From assembly GCA_964016885.1 (NCBI GenBank), contig OZ024760.1, forward strand, positions 24,676,001 to 24,740,000: a stretch of DNA of 64,000 bases, in the 5' to 3' direction. Shown piece after piece: positions 13,513-30,763 of this stretch. The notes beneath the pieces are model-generated. The model was not told where the DNA came from. It saw nothing but the letters and a program-made list of their open reading frames with translations, and made no database searches. A program made the position numbers and the translations under genes. Within the stretch, counting starts at the first letter, position 1, and each line of letters begins with the position of its first letter. Origin of the DNA: Eledone cirrhosa (lineage: Eukaryota).

Positions 13513-13555
13513 ATACATACATACAAACATACATACTTACAAACATACATACATG

Positions 13556-13939
13556 GGACACTCGGTATGTTAGTAACTACCTCAATACAAATATTGAGAA
13601 GCTGGGTTTCACAGGAACAGAAAAGAACACAACTAGTTAGGAAATTACAAGTACAATCCATTAATGGAACAGTAAAAAATATGTAAAACATTCCAAAAAT
13701 TTTGCATCTAATAACTGCATATACACATGTACAGATACAAAGCATATACACATGCACACATACAACTCAAAACATACATATCCACACATACAATAACATC
13801 CATATCTACACATGCATGCATGCATATATAATCTACCTAGTTGATGTGTAAATTCCAATGAGAGAGTCTTGTGTCTATCTTAGAAACCGACTCTCTCTCT
13901 ATTGGGAAAAAATTTATGAAATTATAAAACCAGAAGAAC
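13556..13939 (+). mobile_element. 3' fragment of RLE LINE family 2
   Basis: LVRKLQVQSINGTVK..KTFQK plus a 3' UTR shared with 40918, 50286 and 51217. Confidence 0.8.
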
Positions 13940-14220
13940 AGACACATACATACGATTCTAGCCAGCTAATACTCTATCCCCGTCTAATCGTCTGTTGGAA
14001 TTTAATGTCCGGAAAGCGTTTAGGCACTACCATTGGTACTGTCGCACTATTTTCGCCATGTTACTTTGAGACAGGAGCCGATTACTACCAATTTATTGTA
14101 CAGAAATTGGAGACTGATTTTCTCTAATAACCGATTTTTTCACTCAATTTTTAATTCGTGTTTGAGATAAGTTGGATAGTGCTTATTATATATCATAATA
14201 ATGTTGTGGGCAAATATATT

Positions 14221-14257
<37 letters not shown>

Positions 14258-14389
14258 CACATACACACACACATATATATATATATATACATATATATTC
14301 TTAGGAACGATCGACCTTCGTCAAATCGGACCGAGGGAACAATGTTTCCGTTGGTCTTTCCAATTGCTAATACTATCTATCGGTCGCAA

Positions 14390-14521
14390 CTCCAGGTAGA
14401 AGGAGCAACGTGAAATAAAGTGTCTTGCTCAAGGACATAACGCATCACCTGGTCCAGGAATCGAACTCACAACCTTGCGATTGCGAATCCAATTCTCTAA
14501 CCACTCAGCCACACGCCTTCA
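14390..14521 (-). mobile_element. tRNA-derived SINE, 5' part
   Basis: Reverse complement has A box tggctgagtggtt, B box gagttcgattcc, then gtccttgagcaagacact. Confidence 0.8.
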
Positions 14522-14552
14522 CTTATACATATATATATATATACATACACAC

Positions 14553-14695
<143 letters not shown>

Positions 14696-14856
14696 TATAT
14701 GCATACACATATATATATATATACACATATATATATGCATACACATATATATATATATATACACATATATATATTGCATACACATATATATATATATACA
14801 CATATATATATGCATACACATATATATATATATACACATATATATATGCATACACA

Positions 14857-14888
<32 letters not shown>

Positions 14889-15029
14889 CATATGCATACA
14901 GGTACACATACATACATGCACGTATCAGTTTAGCGGCGCTTATTATAACGTCGCTTTGTTCGTTTGTAAACAAACTGAACAGCCTGAATTTATGCCATAC
15001 GGTGTTAAGGGCAACCACGTCACCTTTTT

Positions 15030-15215
15030 GTTCAACCACTGACACAGGAACGATGTACTAGTTAGCTATCATCAGCACCGTTTACCCATCTGCCAGATAG
15101 TTGAACGTTCGAAAGTATATACTTTCCTTATGAAAATTAACGGCTGAGCAGCCTAATTTGCATATTGAGTGAGTTAAATCGGTCAGGCATACCGAAAACG
15201 ATAAATTGAAACAAA
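15030..15215 (-). mobile_element. PLE pLTR relic family E with partly deleted hammerhead
   Basis: Homologous to 31480-31670; cggtg-CTGATGA-tagcta-actagt-A-catcg lacks the GAA. Confidence 0.55.
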
Positions 15216-15286
15216 ATGATATATATGCATATATCATATATATATGCATACACACATATATATATATATAATATATATATATATAT

Positions 15287-15351
<65 letters not shown>

Positions 15352-15784
15352 TATATGCATACACATATATATATACATATATATATGCATACACATATAT
15401 ATATATACATATATATATAAACCAATTTTAACAGCATTTCTTAAGTTTCTTTACGTGGTTGCCATCTCTTCAAGATTTTAAAATCATTAAGAAAACTTTG
15501 AACTAGATGAACTCTAGAAAAAAGCAAATTTTCTCTTAATACCACGTAACACGATTCCTTGATGTTTGAGGAGAAATACTTTGATATAACTTAAGAAGAT
15601 CATTATAATATAATGGTAATATTTAGGCCATAATATCGTTACATATGAGTACATTAAAATAGCGACAGTTTGGGTTATCTCATTATGATATTTGTCATAT
15701 ATCTTTTATCTAGTTTCTACAGACTCTGCATTAAGTTTTACATACAGATGCTTTTATCCATTCCTGGAGCCTTGTTTTTATTGA

Positions 15785-16548
15785 GATTAGCATGAGGTGC
15801 TGAAGAGAAGTAACCAGAAGCTATTGAACGAGACTATCGTTAAGATTTGCCTGAAACTTGCTGGACACATGTGCATAGATACCAGTCGGTGGTACGCGGT
15901 ACATTGAGAGACCCAAGAAAACCTGGCGTTCAATTTTCGATGAAGATCTCCAGAAGATTGAAATGGAATGAGCGACCAGGCAAGACGGTGCAGCTGACCG
16001 TATAAATTAGAGAATACCGACTGTCCAATCTGCCCCAGGGACATAGGAAGACATACAACTAAGAATAAATCAGATGTTTTGCATGTTTCTCTCTAGCTTT
16101 TCTCACTTCTATATTCTTCTTCTATATTCTTCTTCCATATTGTTGCAGGATACACAGAAATAATTGTCACATTTGAGAGTTAATATAATTGTTGTTAACA
16201 TAGGTAGAAAACCACAAATGTTTTGTTAAGATACAAGAAAACCTGGCGCTCAATTTTCAACAAAGATCTCCAGATGATTAAAATGGAATGAGAAACTAAG
16301 CAAGACGGTGCAGCTGGTCGTATAAATTAGAGAATACCGACTGTCCAATCTGCCCCAGGACATAGGAGGACCTACAACTAAGAATAAATCAGATGATTTG
16401 CTTGTTTCTCTCTAACCTTTCTCAATTATCTCTTCTTCTTCTATATCCTTCTTCCATATTGTAGCAGGATCACAGAAATATAACTGTCACACTAGGCGAG
16501 TTAATATAATTGTTGTTACTCAGGTAGAAAACCCAGAAATGTTTTGTT
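15785..16548 (+). mobile_element. RTE-clade LINE 3' end, tandemly duplicated together with ~160 bp of flank (~320-bp period)
   Basis: LKLAGHM...RPKKTWRSIFDEDL; 15915-16226 is repeated at 16235-16546. Confidence 0.65.
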
Positions 16549-16574
16549 TTATTTCACGTCGATTATACTGACCC

Positions 16575-17278
16575 CATGGCTTAGTGTTAGAGCATTCGGC
16601 TTGCAATTGAGAGAGGTTGTGAGTTCAATTCTCGGACTGAGTGATACGATCTGTCCTTGAGCAAGACACTTATTTCACGTTGCTCTAGTTTACTCAGCTT
16701 TAGAAATGAGTTGCTACGTCACTTGTGTCAAGCTGTATCGGTCATTACCTTTCCCTTGAACAATTTATATAGTGTATATATATAGTGTGTATATATTGTA
16801 TATAGAGAGTATATATAATGCATATATAGAGTATATATGATGTAAATATTGTATATAGAGAGTATATATATAGAGTATGTGGTGCTAAGCTCTATCGGCT
16901 ATTGCCTTTCCCTTGGACAACATCATATATAGTGTATATATAGACTATATAGTGTATATAGATTATATATTTTGTATATAGAGAGTATATATAATGTATA
17001 TATAGAGTATATATATTGAATATAGAGAGTATATATAATGCATACATAGAGTATTTATATTGTAAATATGGTATATAGAGAGTATATATAGAGTATGTGT
17101 TGCCAAGCTGTATCTACCATTGCCTTTCTCTTAGACAACATTAGTGGCGTGGAGAAGGGAAATTGGTATGCATGGGTGACTACTGGTCTGCCACAAAGCA
17201 AACCTTGCTCAGGCTTGTGCTTGCGAGGGAAACTTTCTAGAGGTAAAACCATGGTCATTCGTGACCGAGTAGGGCCTT
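16575..17278 (+). mobile_element. tRNA-derived SINE with internally triplicated body and TA-rich expansions
   Basis: A/B boxes at 16577-16633, gtccttgagcaagacact; aagctgtatc..cctttcccttg motif near 16730, 16887 and 17105. Confidence 0.7.
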
Positions 17279-17289
17279 GAATATAGTAC

Positions 17290-17436
17290 TTGATTTGTAC
17301 TTTATTTTATCGACGCCGTAAGAATAAAAGGCAAGCTTGTGCTCGGCAGGATTTGAAAACAGAACGTAGATCTTCGTATCGAAATGCTACATTGCATTTC
17401 ATCCAACACTATGCATATTTTTCCAGCCCACCGCCA
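17290..17436 (-). mobile_element. tRNA-derived SINE family D (Nin/Deu-like core), decayed
   Basis: gtactttattttatcgac..aaaggcaa..ggatttgaa. Confidence 0.7.
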
Positions 17437-17952
17437 TATTGAGAGTTAATACAATGCTTGTTGGTTCAAGATAAAATATTTTGGTTACCAATGTTATTGT
17501 CACCGTGAGGGTTTCTCATAACATGGCTCGTAAAAATCTGTGCGTATATAAACGCATATATCGCTAGTGTATAGAACTTAAATAAATATACAGATGATAG
17601 ACATGTTTTTTATGAGTTGTGAAAAGGACTAGATTATACCGGCGTATAATGTATATATGTGTGTGTGTATGTGTATATGTATGTGTAATATATTTAGATA
17701 TGTGTAGCGTTTACGAGTAGTTTATTCCTATGAACATATATGAAAGTGTATGCATACGTCTTTGGAAATGTTTGTGTAATGCGCATGCGTACGTTTATTT
17801 CCACTTCCTGTCCACCCTCTACCCCCTCACTCCCTTTCGTTCTCTCTCTATATATATGTATGTATATATGTATATATGGGTACATATAAACATATATAAA
17901 AACGTCACCCACAAATAGGCACTTATACACACAAATAGGCGCTTATACACAC

Positions 17953-17995
<43 letters not shown>

Positions 17996-18091
17996 ATACA
18001 TATACATATATATATTTATTAAAATAACAGATCAAAGTTTAAGCAAAGATACCAGCCCTCTTTGGATTTTAGTCTTCAAATTTATTATTAT

Positions 18092-18135
<44 letters not shown>

Positions 18136-18142
18136 ATGTGTA

Positions 18143-18210
<68 letters not shown>

Positions 18211-18290
18211 TCTCTCTTTCTCTCTCTCTATATATATATACATAAATACATTACATACATACATAAATGTAGGTATGCAAATATATATAT

Positions 18291-18486
18291 AGGTAAGTTA
18301 TTCCGGGTTGAATCGGAGGTAACCACAGTAAGTAAGGTACTCAATACATAGCAGAGTATAACAGTTTTAATATAGATGAGATTCTACAGGACTAAACCTG
18401 TTTCATTCTTTAGAAATGGTGATTCTTTAGAAATGATGATTTCTAAAGAATGAAAGAGTTCTAGTCCTGTAGAATCCCATCTATAT
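18291..18486. mobile_element. Fold-back PLE-like relic family G
   Basis: 18370-18417 is inverted at 18439-18486; homologous to 29350-29508. Confidence 0.6.
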
Positions 18487-18511
18487 GAAAAAAATATATC
18501 TATATATATAT

Positions 18512-18628
<117 letters not shown>

Positions 18629-19036
18629 TGTGTGTTTCTGAATTCTTATTCAGATTTCATCTCCCAAAAGTCATACAACAGAATGGTAAAAATATCTATT
18701 TTTGAAGAATACAGAGAAATCTCTTGAGAGAGTAAAACCTCTTTATTTATAAAACACTACAATCTTGCTTTACCATTATGATATGCGCTAGTGGAGTTGT
18801 TCTATTTTGGTTAAGGTAGCAAGATAAAGGATGTTTTCTTTTTACCTGTCTGCGGTGGAATTTTGTTATGATTTTATCAATTTATCGATCTATAGATCTA
18901 ACCATCTGTCCAACTATCGATCTATAAATCTGTCAATCTATCATTCGCTTCCGACTTTCTGTGTATCTATTTATCAATTTATATGGTTGAATACCCGAGT
19001 CCACACACGTACTTATAAGCATACATAGAGATACAA

Positions 19037-20030
<994 letters not shown>

Positions 20031-20057
20031 TATATATATATATATATATATATATTT

Positions 20058-20089
<32 letters not shown>

Positions 20090-20145
20090 TATATATATAT
20101 ATTATATATATATATATATTATATATATTATATATATATATATAT

Positions 20146-20302
<157 letters not shown>

Positions 20303-20524
20303 CATGCATAAAATAGCATGCGCACTGACATACACACATATACATACATCCACACACAAACACAAATACAGGCACACACACACATATATATATACATAAA
20401 TATGTATCAATCAATCTAACTATCTATCTATCTATTTCTCTGTCCATCTCTCCCTCTCACCATCTCTCTCGCGCGCTCTCTCTCTCCCTCTCTCTTTATA
20501 TATATATATCTATATATATATATG

Positions 20525-20654
<130 letters not shown>

Positions 20655-20667
20655 GTATATATATACA

Positions 20668-20850
20668 GATTAGAGCAAACATCACGGGCGCTCTATCTCA
20701 AAATTATTTTTGAAAAGCATTACAAATGCGCAACCGGTAAAACTTAAAACCAAAACTGAATACTAACCAATACTATTACTAATTCTCACTTATTCCTAAT
20801 TAAACTGTTTTTCACTGTGAACAATCTGTCAGCATTTTCTTTTCCGTTTA

Positions 20851-20885
<35 letters not shown>

Positions 20886-21338
20886 AAGATGTATGGTAGG
20901 TCGTATGTGAATCGCTATGATCACGTTTATTGGGGCCTGTAAGCTTTATGCACTTATTGAGGGATTTTTTAAGGTGCTTCTACGAGATCCCAAGTCTTTT
21001 AATTTTTAATTTTTACTTTTAATGCGTAAATTATATATCTAATTTTTAACCTTAAATCCCTGAACCCGACAACTAATATAAAAAAAGCCCCCTTAGAATA
21101 TAGACCCCAACTATACAAGCGGAGCTGCGGATGTATACCACAATTTCAAACTGCTAGTCTTGAGTGATACGTTGATGTAAATAATGATCTTAACAATCAC
21201 ATGTTATATGCCTTGAAAAGTCCCACCATATGGTCGGACGAAGCGGCTGTCGGGAATAAACTTGTTATAAATGTCATAATAGTTCCTTTGTTCTTTTTCA
21301 CTAATATATATATATATTCTATATATCTATATATATAT

Positions 21339-21391
<53 letters not shown>

Positions 21392-21674
21392 TTGAAATTA
21401 CATTTATTGAATTCAGCCATGTAGAGCGACATTTATATATATATATATATATATATTGAAGTAATAAAATGGTCAGTTACCTTCATTACGAATGATAATT
21501 CATAATGAAGCATAGTGAACTAGACTTGTAAGTGTCATTTTTTAAAGTTAGTCTTTATTAGCACTCTACATAATGTATTGAGTGCTATACTGTATTTGTC
21601 GTACCCTCCTGTTCCAATCGGAATATCTTGCAACGATTATATATACATATATACATACACACGCACACACACAT

Positions 21675-21713
<39 letters not shown>

Positions 21714-21735
21714 ATATATATATATATATATATAA

Positions 21736-21779
<44 letters not shown>

Positions 21780-22005
21780 TTAAAAGAATAGAGGTGTAAC
21801 CCACAAGTTATTATATATTGGTAAACGGAATAGAAAATGCTGACAAATTGTTCACAAGTGAAAAATAGTTCAATAGGAATAAGTGAGAATTAGTAATTGT
21901 ATTGGTTAGTATTAGTTTTGGTTTTAAGTTTTACCGGTTGCGCATTTCTAATGCTTTTCCAAAAATAATTTCGAGATAGAGCGTCCATGATGTTTGCTCT
22001 AATCT
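20668..22005. mobile_element. Inverted pair of repeat family F (20668-20855 / 21815-22005) enclosing other inserts
   Basis: ~190-bp inverted homology; further copies at 31052-31242 and 34075-34125. Confidence 0.7.
21209..21255 (+). ncRNA. Degenerate U3-A8 hammerhead in PLE-like relic 20881-21303
   Basis: cc-TTGAAAA-gtcc(c)accatatggt(c)ggac-GAAG-cggctg-TC-gg; A15.1 is mutated. Confidence 0.5.
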
Positions 22006-22470
22006 GATTAGTTTTAGGAATTCTACCTGTGTTTATGTTTAAAAAGTGGCTCCAGCGGTATTAAAATAAGTTTTGCGCCAATTTCGTGTTGCAAAAATTC
22101 TTGTGGTCAAAACAATTTTGATTGGTCGTAGAGGTCATGTGAATGTAAAAAATTGATTTTGCGCCAAATGTAGGTTTGTGTCGGCTGACTGAGAGATAAG
22201 TCTTTCACAACAAATATGTGTGTGTGTGTGTGTGTAGTAGTAGTAGTAGTAACTGTGTGTAGTAGTTAGAAACTGCAAATAGTCCCTTACAATTAAATAC
22301 CTCAAAGAAAGAGGTTTTTCTGGGCCGTGTAATATAATTGAATATAAAAGAAGGAAAAAACACAGATATATACATATGTTCAAATCTGGTCGCCTTACGA
22401 TTTGAACACATGTTTATATATAATATATGTATATATATGACACATATATGTTCATATGTGTTTATCTTTC

Positions 22471-22506
<36 letters not shown>

Positions 22507-22649
22507 ATATATATAAATATATATATATATATACAAGATGGCACGTGTGTGTTTTGTTTTATTATTTTCCCCCTCCTATCACTCTGATTTTCTTATTTTA
22601 CTCCCCTTATCACTCTTTACTTTCTATTTATGTTCTCTTTCTAACTCAA

Positions 22650-22685
22650 TATTTTGATAAAGGACTTGTGTCCGAAACATTAAGA
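22650..22685 (+). ncRNA. U3-A8 hammerhead, homologue of 11662-11697
   Basis: tatt-TTGATAA-aggacttgtgtcc-GAAA-ca-TT-aaga; downstream ctgctatttca.gcgtt.a.ctaatatat is shared. Confidence 0.55.
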
Positions 22686-23227
22686 CCCCCCTTTCTGCTA
22701 TTTCAAGCGTTGAACTAATATATTTCTCTCAGCTACTGTGCGTTTTTTTTTTTTTTGTTATTTTTTATATTACTGTTTACATACGCACACAGACGCAGTC
22801 ACATACACACATATGGAGACACACCATGCACACACATACAGAGAAACTAATAAATAATAAGTAACAGCAAGTAATACAATGTCTGAGTTGAAATATATTA
22901 AAAACCAATTCCCGCCAGAACAGAGAATAACTATAGTATTCTAAAAGTTGGAAGCCGGAGAAGGAAATGTAATTAGCAGAAAAAAAACACACATGTTTCT
23001 CTGTAATTTGTATCTAAAGAACTGATTTAGGAAATGGAACGAAAAAAAAAGTTTTTAAACTAATGCAGCATGCGATAATATCTTAGCAGTATATTCTGTA
23101 TACAAGTATATTTGTCTTTATCTCTCTCAGTAGGAAAGGCCATATCTTTATGTAGTCCATTTATATATGCATATAATTATATATACACACACACACACAC
23201 ATATATATTTATATATGTATATATGTA

Positions 23228-23288
<61 letters not shown>

Positions 23289-23289
23289 T

Positions 23290-23321
<32 letters not shown>

Positions 23322-23439
23322 CATATACATATATATATATATATGTATACATACATAAACAGATATATATAATATATGTACATATATATATATTTGTATA
23401 TATACACATATATGTGTAATAAATATATATATAATGTAC

Positions 23440-23677
<238 letters not shown>

Positions 23678-23696
23678 CATATATATTTATATATAC

Positions 23697-23732
<36 letters not shown>

Positions 23733-23744
23733 TTATATATATAC

Positions 23745-23790
<46 letters not shown>

Positions 23791-23796
23791 ATATAT

Positions 23797-23852
<56 letters not shown>

Positions 23853-23870
23853 AATATATATATATATATT

Positions 23871-24107
<237 letters not shown>

Positions 24108-24137
24108 ACACATATATATATATATATATATAATATT

Positions 24138-24168
<31 letters not shown>

Positions 24169-24197
24169 TTATTATTTTCAGAATTTTTCTCGCTAAT

Positions 24198-24313
<116 letters not shown>

Positions 24314-24318
24314 TACAC

Positions 24319-24374
<56 letters not shown>

Positions 24375-24938
24375 TTATTATTTTCAGAATTTTTCTCACT
24401 AGTAATACTAGCACTGCAAAAGTTCCTGGCAGACATTAAAATAAATATTTTTTTCCCAATACAAATCCCATTTCCTCTGTAAGCTTTGTCAATATATCCG
24501 CTGTGGTGTAACATTTTGGATTGTATAACGAATGTTTTTCTGCCATTTTATTCATTATAGCTTTGAATTTCACATACATTTTACGTTGTGATGTTGTTGC
24601 TATTGTTGTTGCTGGTGTTGCTGCTGTTATTGTTGGTGGCTCTTTTTCTGTCGTTGTCTAGGTAGGTGGTAGTGTTAGTGTTAGTGGTAGAGATAGTGGT
24701 GAAGGTTGTAATATTGCAGGTGGAGGTAATTTTGATTATATAGCTGTTGTTTACATAGAGGTGGTGGTCGTGTGATTGTCTGGTTAACACTAACGATGGT
24801 GTTGTTGTTATTGTTGTTGTTATTGTTGTTGTTGTTCTTGTTGTTGTTGGTGGTGGTGGTAATAACATACGTTATATATATATGTATGTATATATATATA
24901 TATATAGACATATATATACATATATATACATATATATA

Positions 24939-24976
<38 letters not shown>

Positions 24977-25046
24977 TATACATATATATATGCATATATA
25001 TATATATACATATATAAATATATATATAGCATTTTATTATTATTAC

Positions 25047-25084
<38 letters not shown>

Positions 25085-25337
25085 CAGATATATGGTAGAT
25101 ATATATGGACTTATATGTATATATATACAGATATATGTAGATATATATGGACTTATATATATATAAATGTATATATGTATACATATGTATCTAAATCTCT
25201 CTATATATGGATCTATATATGTATACGTGTGTGTGGTAGCGTGTGTGTGTGTCTGTGTGTGAATAAAATAATGAAATGAAAATATATAACCTGGAATATA
25301 GAAGAAATCCCTCAGGGCAACTTGGATATTGTCAATA

Positions 25338-25430
<93 letters not shown>

Positions 25431-25472
25431 ATAATATAAGTATATATATATATACTTACATATATAAATATG

Positions 25473-25503
<31 letters not shown>

Positions 25504-25953
25504 TTCTCTCTCTCTCTCACTCTTCCCACCTCTCTCTCTCTCTCTATAAATATATATATAAATAAACATATATATATACATACATATATATATGTATATT
25601 CATATATACATATGTGTATATAAATATAAATATACATAGATACATATATAAATACACAACACACACACACATATATATATATATGAATATATATATCTAT
25701 AATTTATATATATATATATTCTTATTCATATAAATATATACATATATAAATATAAATATATATATATACTCACATAATATATATATATATATATATATGT
25801 GTGTGCATATTCAATCAAAAGCGAAAAAAATGGAAAGAGATAGAAGTAAAGAGAGAGAGATAGAGAGAGAGAAGGAGTGAGAGAGAGAGGGGCAGAGAGT
25901 GTGTATGTGTCAGAGAGAATTTGAGTTAGGAAAGTTTTAATGCTATCTCAGAG

Positions 25954-25992
<39 letters not shown>

Positions 25993-25999
25993 GATAGAG

Positions 26000-26083
<84 letters not shown>

Positions 26084-26134
26084 AGTTAGGAAAATGATGA
26101 ATGCTCTCAGAGAAAACGAGAGAGAACGTGGGAG

Positions 26135-26169
<35 letters not shown>

Positions 26170-27008
26170 GAGAGAGAGATGGAGTGAGAGACAGAGAGGT
26201 ATAGATAGAAAGAGAGAGAGGGAGAGAGAGAACGAGGGAGAAAGAGAGAAAGGGGAAGTGAGAGACAGATAGAGGGCGAGAAAGAGAGAGAGATTGAGTT
26301 AGGAAAATGATGAATGCTATCAGAGAGAACGAGGGAGAATGTAGTAGAATGAGAGAAAGAGGGGTGGGTGGAGAGAGAGAGAAATGAGGAGAAATATATA
26401 GAGAATAAATGATGCCTACGTCAGAGGGATATGAAAGGAACGTGATAAAACGAATGATAGCAACACAGTGATAACAAAAATGACAGTGTAGGAAGAAAAT
26501 TACAAAATGAAAGAGAAAAATATGGAATAAAACAAAGAAAGAATGAAACACAAATTACTAAAAAGAAGAAACGCAGCAGAACGAACGAATGAATGAAAAA
26601 CATCTAGCAAATACACACACACAAAACCCCCGAAAAAGCGAAAGTCTTATAAAGGTAAAGAAGGAAATATAGAAGCAACGAAAGATAAGATCGAGTTTAT
26701 ATTTTCAACGTGAGCAACAAGGAATTTGATTGTGTACAAAGAGAGAAAGAAAAAGAAACAGTGAGAATTTTTGCATTCAAAATGGCGTCTCCAAATCATT
26801 CGATGTTGGAAGCCATGTATAGTAGCGTATTATCCTTTTATTCTTCATCTCTGGTTTTCTGGTTTTTAGAAACTTCCAGTTTTACCTTGGATAACCTCGG
26901 GGAAATACAGTTTTAATGTTTTCCTTTTCTTTTGTTTCATATTTTTTTTGTGTTTCCATTTTATAATTATTATCATTATTATTAATACTATTAATATTAT
27001 TATTATTG

Positions 27009-27069
<61 letters not shown>

Positions 27070-27148
27070 TATTTTTTCTCTTGTAACTTTTCCATTAGGT
27101 TTTATATCTTCACTCACTACTAATACGTCAGAAAGCTTCAGGCTAATA

Positions 27149-27276
<128 letters not shown>

Positions 27277-27328
27277 TTATATATATATAAAATTCACCAT
27301 GTCAAAAACGGCATGTTACTCATATGTA

Positions 27329-27400
<72 letters not shown>

Positions 27401-27835
27401 TATATATATACATATCTATCTATATGTATACATATACGTATAGTTATATATACACTCTCACAGACACACACGCACACACACACACACATATATATATATA
27501 TGAGTAACATGTCGTTTTTGACATGTTGAATTTCAAACACGATTGAATTCTACCTGGTATTTTTTTGCTTTTTTCCGAAAATTCTTATCAAATTGCAGCT
27601 TTAAAATATTTTTTCTAATTGCCTTGCAGTTTGTTGCGAACATCAAACTTCCTGAAATCCATCACTAACATTTCTAGACTTTCACATTGTCATCGTCAGT
27701 ATGAAGTAAAATTATGATAGGCTTTAATATTTTTGTTGTAAGTAGAGCCATAGGTTTGAATGTAATTGGCGTTTATATTTGAAATTAAATCTTGGATAAA
27801 TCTTTGGACAAGAGGGCTGAATGGTCTTTGGGAAA

Positions 27836-28320
27836 ACGTTACTCGAGAGAATGTGTAGGTCGGTGGAACACTCCAGGTAAAGTCGCTACTTCTCTCGAAG
27901 GTTCTATAGAGTAATGTTACTTGATAGAGTGCGTAGGTCGGAGATCAGAGAGTCACTACAGGTAGAGCTATCACTTCTACCGAAGGTTATATGGAGTAGT
28001 GTTACTCGAAAGAGTGCGTAGCTCGGAAATCAGAGTGAGACTCAAGGTAGTGCTGTTAATTCTACCGAAGGTTATATGGAGTAATGTTACTCGAAAGAGT
28101 GCGTGGCTCGGAAATCAGAGTGAGACTCAAGGTAGAGCTGTTACTTCTCCCGAATCGTCTATGGAGTAACGTTATTCGAGAGTAGTGCGTAGTTCGGAGA
28201 CCAGAGAGTCACACATAGTAGGGCCCCTACTTCCCCCGAAGGGTCTATGGAGTAACATTACTTGATAGAGTGAATAGGTCGAGACCAGAGTGTCACACCA
28301 GGTAGAGCCGCTACTTATCC
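27836..28320 (+). repeat. ~85-bp tandem repeat x6 derived from RTE ORF
   Basis: gttact anchors at 27838, 27916, 28001, 28086, 28171 and 28257; consensus reads GVTLLxRVRSSEIRESLQVEPLL. Confidence 0.8.
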
Positions 28321-28585
28321 AAATTGAGAAATCGCAATTACGATATTATGGGCATGTGGTTAGAATGTTTCATAAAAGAATCACTGGATAGATTTAACAA
28401 GCAAAAATACATCGACAGGAGCTCTCCAGGGGAAGACTCCCAGCAATACGGTTGTGGAATAATATGTATGAACTCAGCTGGTGTCACTTGGGAATGCACC
28501 GGATCAATTAGAGTCGGTTTACCTCCGACATAACAGCTAGAAGGATTGTTTTAGGACTCTGTCTCCTACGACCCGCAAAAGAATA
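28320..28585 (+). mobile_element. RTE-clade (Expander/Rex3-like) LINE 3' end, decayed
   Basis: IEKSQLRYYGHVVRM directly continues the last repeat unit. Confidence 0.75.
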
Positions 28586-28667
28586 TGTCAGTTTAGAAGA
28601 AGAAGGCGCCTGTTACATGTAAGCATCATCGTTTTTAAAAAGTAAAGAAATCATTATTATTTGGAGT

Positions 28668-29055
28668 GGGTGGTGGATTGGCAGTATCGGTAGAGGGTGG
28701 GACGCCATGCTTTGCAGCAAAGAGTTACAGCCCTTTATGGTCTGATTTCAAATCCCGCCGAGGTTAACTTTGCCTTCCATCCTTACGGGGTCGATAATAT
28801 AAAGTACCAGTAATACACTGGTATAATTGCTGGCCTTGTTCCAAGAGTACAAACAATTATTCGGAGTGGCAGTATCGGTAGAGCGTCAGACATTATGCTT
28901 CGTAGCATAGAATTACGGCCTTTTACATTCTGAGTTCAAATCCCGCTGATGTTAGCTTTGCCTTTCAACCTTACGGGGTCGATAAAATGAAGTACCAGTA
29001 ATGCACTGGAGTCGACTTTCTCCTTCCCTTCAAATTGCTGGCCTTTTGCCTATAA
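28668..29055 (+). mobile_element. Two tandem SINE family D copies (28668-28860, 28866-29055)
   Basis: tggcagtatcggtagag A box, ttcaaatcc B box, gccttccatccttacggggtcgataa..agtaccag core. Confidence 0.85.
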
Positions 29056-29349
29056 TATTATTAATAATATCGTTATTTTTAATATCGGTGTTATCATCAG
29101 ATCAATGAATTGATAATAAGAATTTAGGAGTTCGTCGGGCAAATTGGCTACAATTATATCTTTTCTGATGTTCCATACTGTCTTGGCAAACTGCTATGCA
29201 CCAATTGCCAAATTGCCAGCAACCAAAACACACAAAGAAAACTATCCTGATTAACATACTATACATAGCTACATATGTATTGCGTGTATACGCACAAAAA
29301 AAAAAAAATATATATGTGTATGTAATTATATATATATGTATATATAGAT

Positions 29350-29607
<258 letters not shown>

Positions 29608-29696
29608 AATATATATATATATGTATATATATATATATGCAATATATATATATTTATACACATATACATACACACACATATATATATATATATACA

Positions 29697-29829
<133 letters not shown>

Positions 29830-29868
29830 ATTAAATAAATAGAAACTATATTTATAAAACCATATTTA

Positions 29869-29930
29869 TTTCGTTATATATATTTCAGGGATATCATATT
29901 AACAATATGTTATGCCTTCTTCAGACTAAA
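29869..29930 (-). ncRNA. Type-I hammerhead in PLE-like relic 29828-30002
   Basis: Reverse complement: tttagt-CTGAAGA-agg...cct-GAAA-tatata-TA-acgaaa. Confidence 0.6.
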
Positions 29931-30000
29931 TACAATATAAACAGTCTTATAAATAAATAGATACAACATACCTTTCAATCACCTTGCATTTGGGAGGTTG

Positions 30001-30145
<145 letters not shown>

Positions 30146-30165
30146 TATATAATATATATATAATA

Positions 30166-30256
<91 letters not shown>

Positions 30257-30281
30257 TATATATAATATATATAATATATAT

Positions 30282-30313
<32 letters not shown>

Positions 30314-30319
30314 ATATAT

Positions 30320-30391
<72 letters not shown>

Positions 30392-30392
30392 G

Positions 30393-30436
<44 letters not shown>

Positions 30437-30450
30437 TGTATATATAATAT

Positions 30451-30658
<208 letters not shown>

Positions 30659-30695
30659 ATATATATAATATATATATATAATATATATATACAAT

Positions 30696-30728
<33 letters not shown>

Positions 30729-30731
30729 GGG

Positions 30732-30763
<32 letters not shown>

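Noticed and set aside
14440-14521. tRNA gene
   Set aside because: No proper acceptor stem; continues into SINE core sequence
27663-27703. Minus-strand CTGACGA...GAAA motif
   Set aside because: Stems I and III pair poorly; at best a decayed relic
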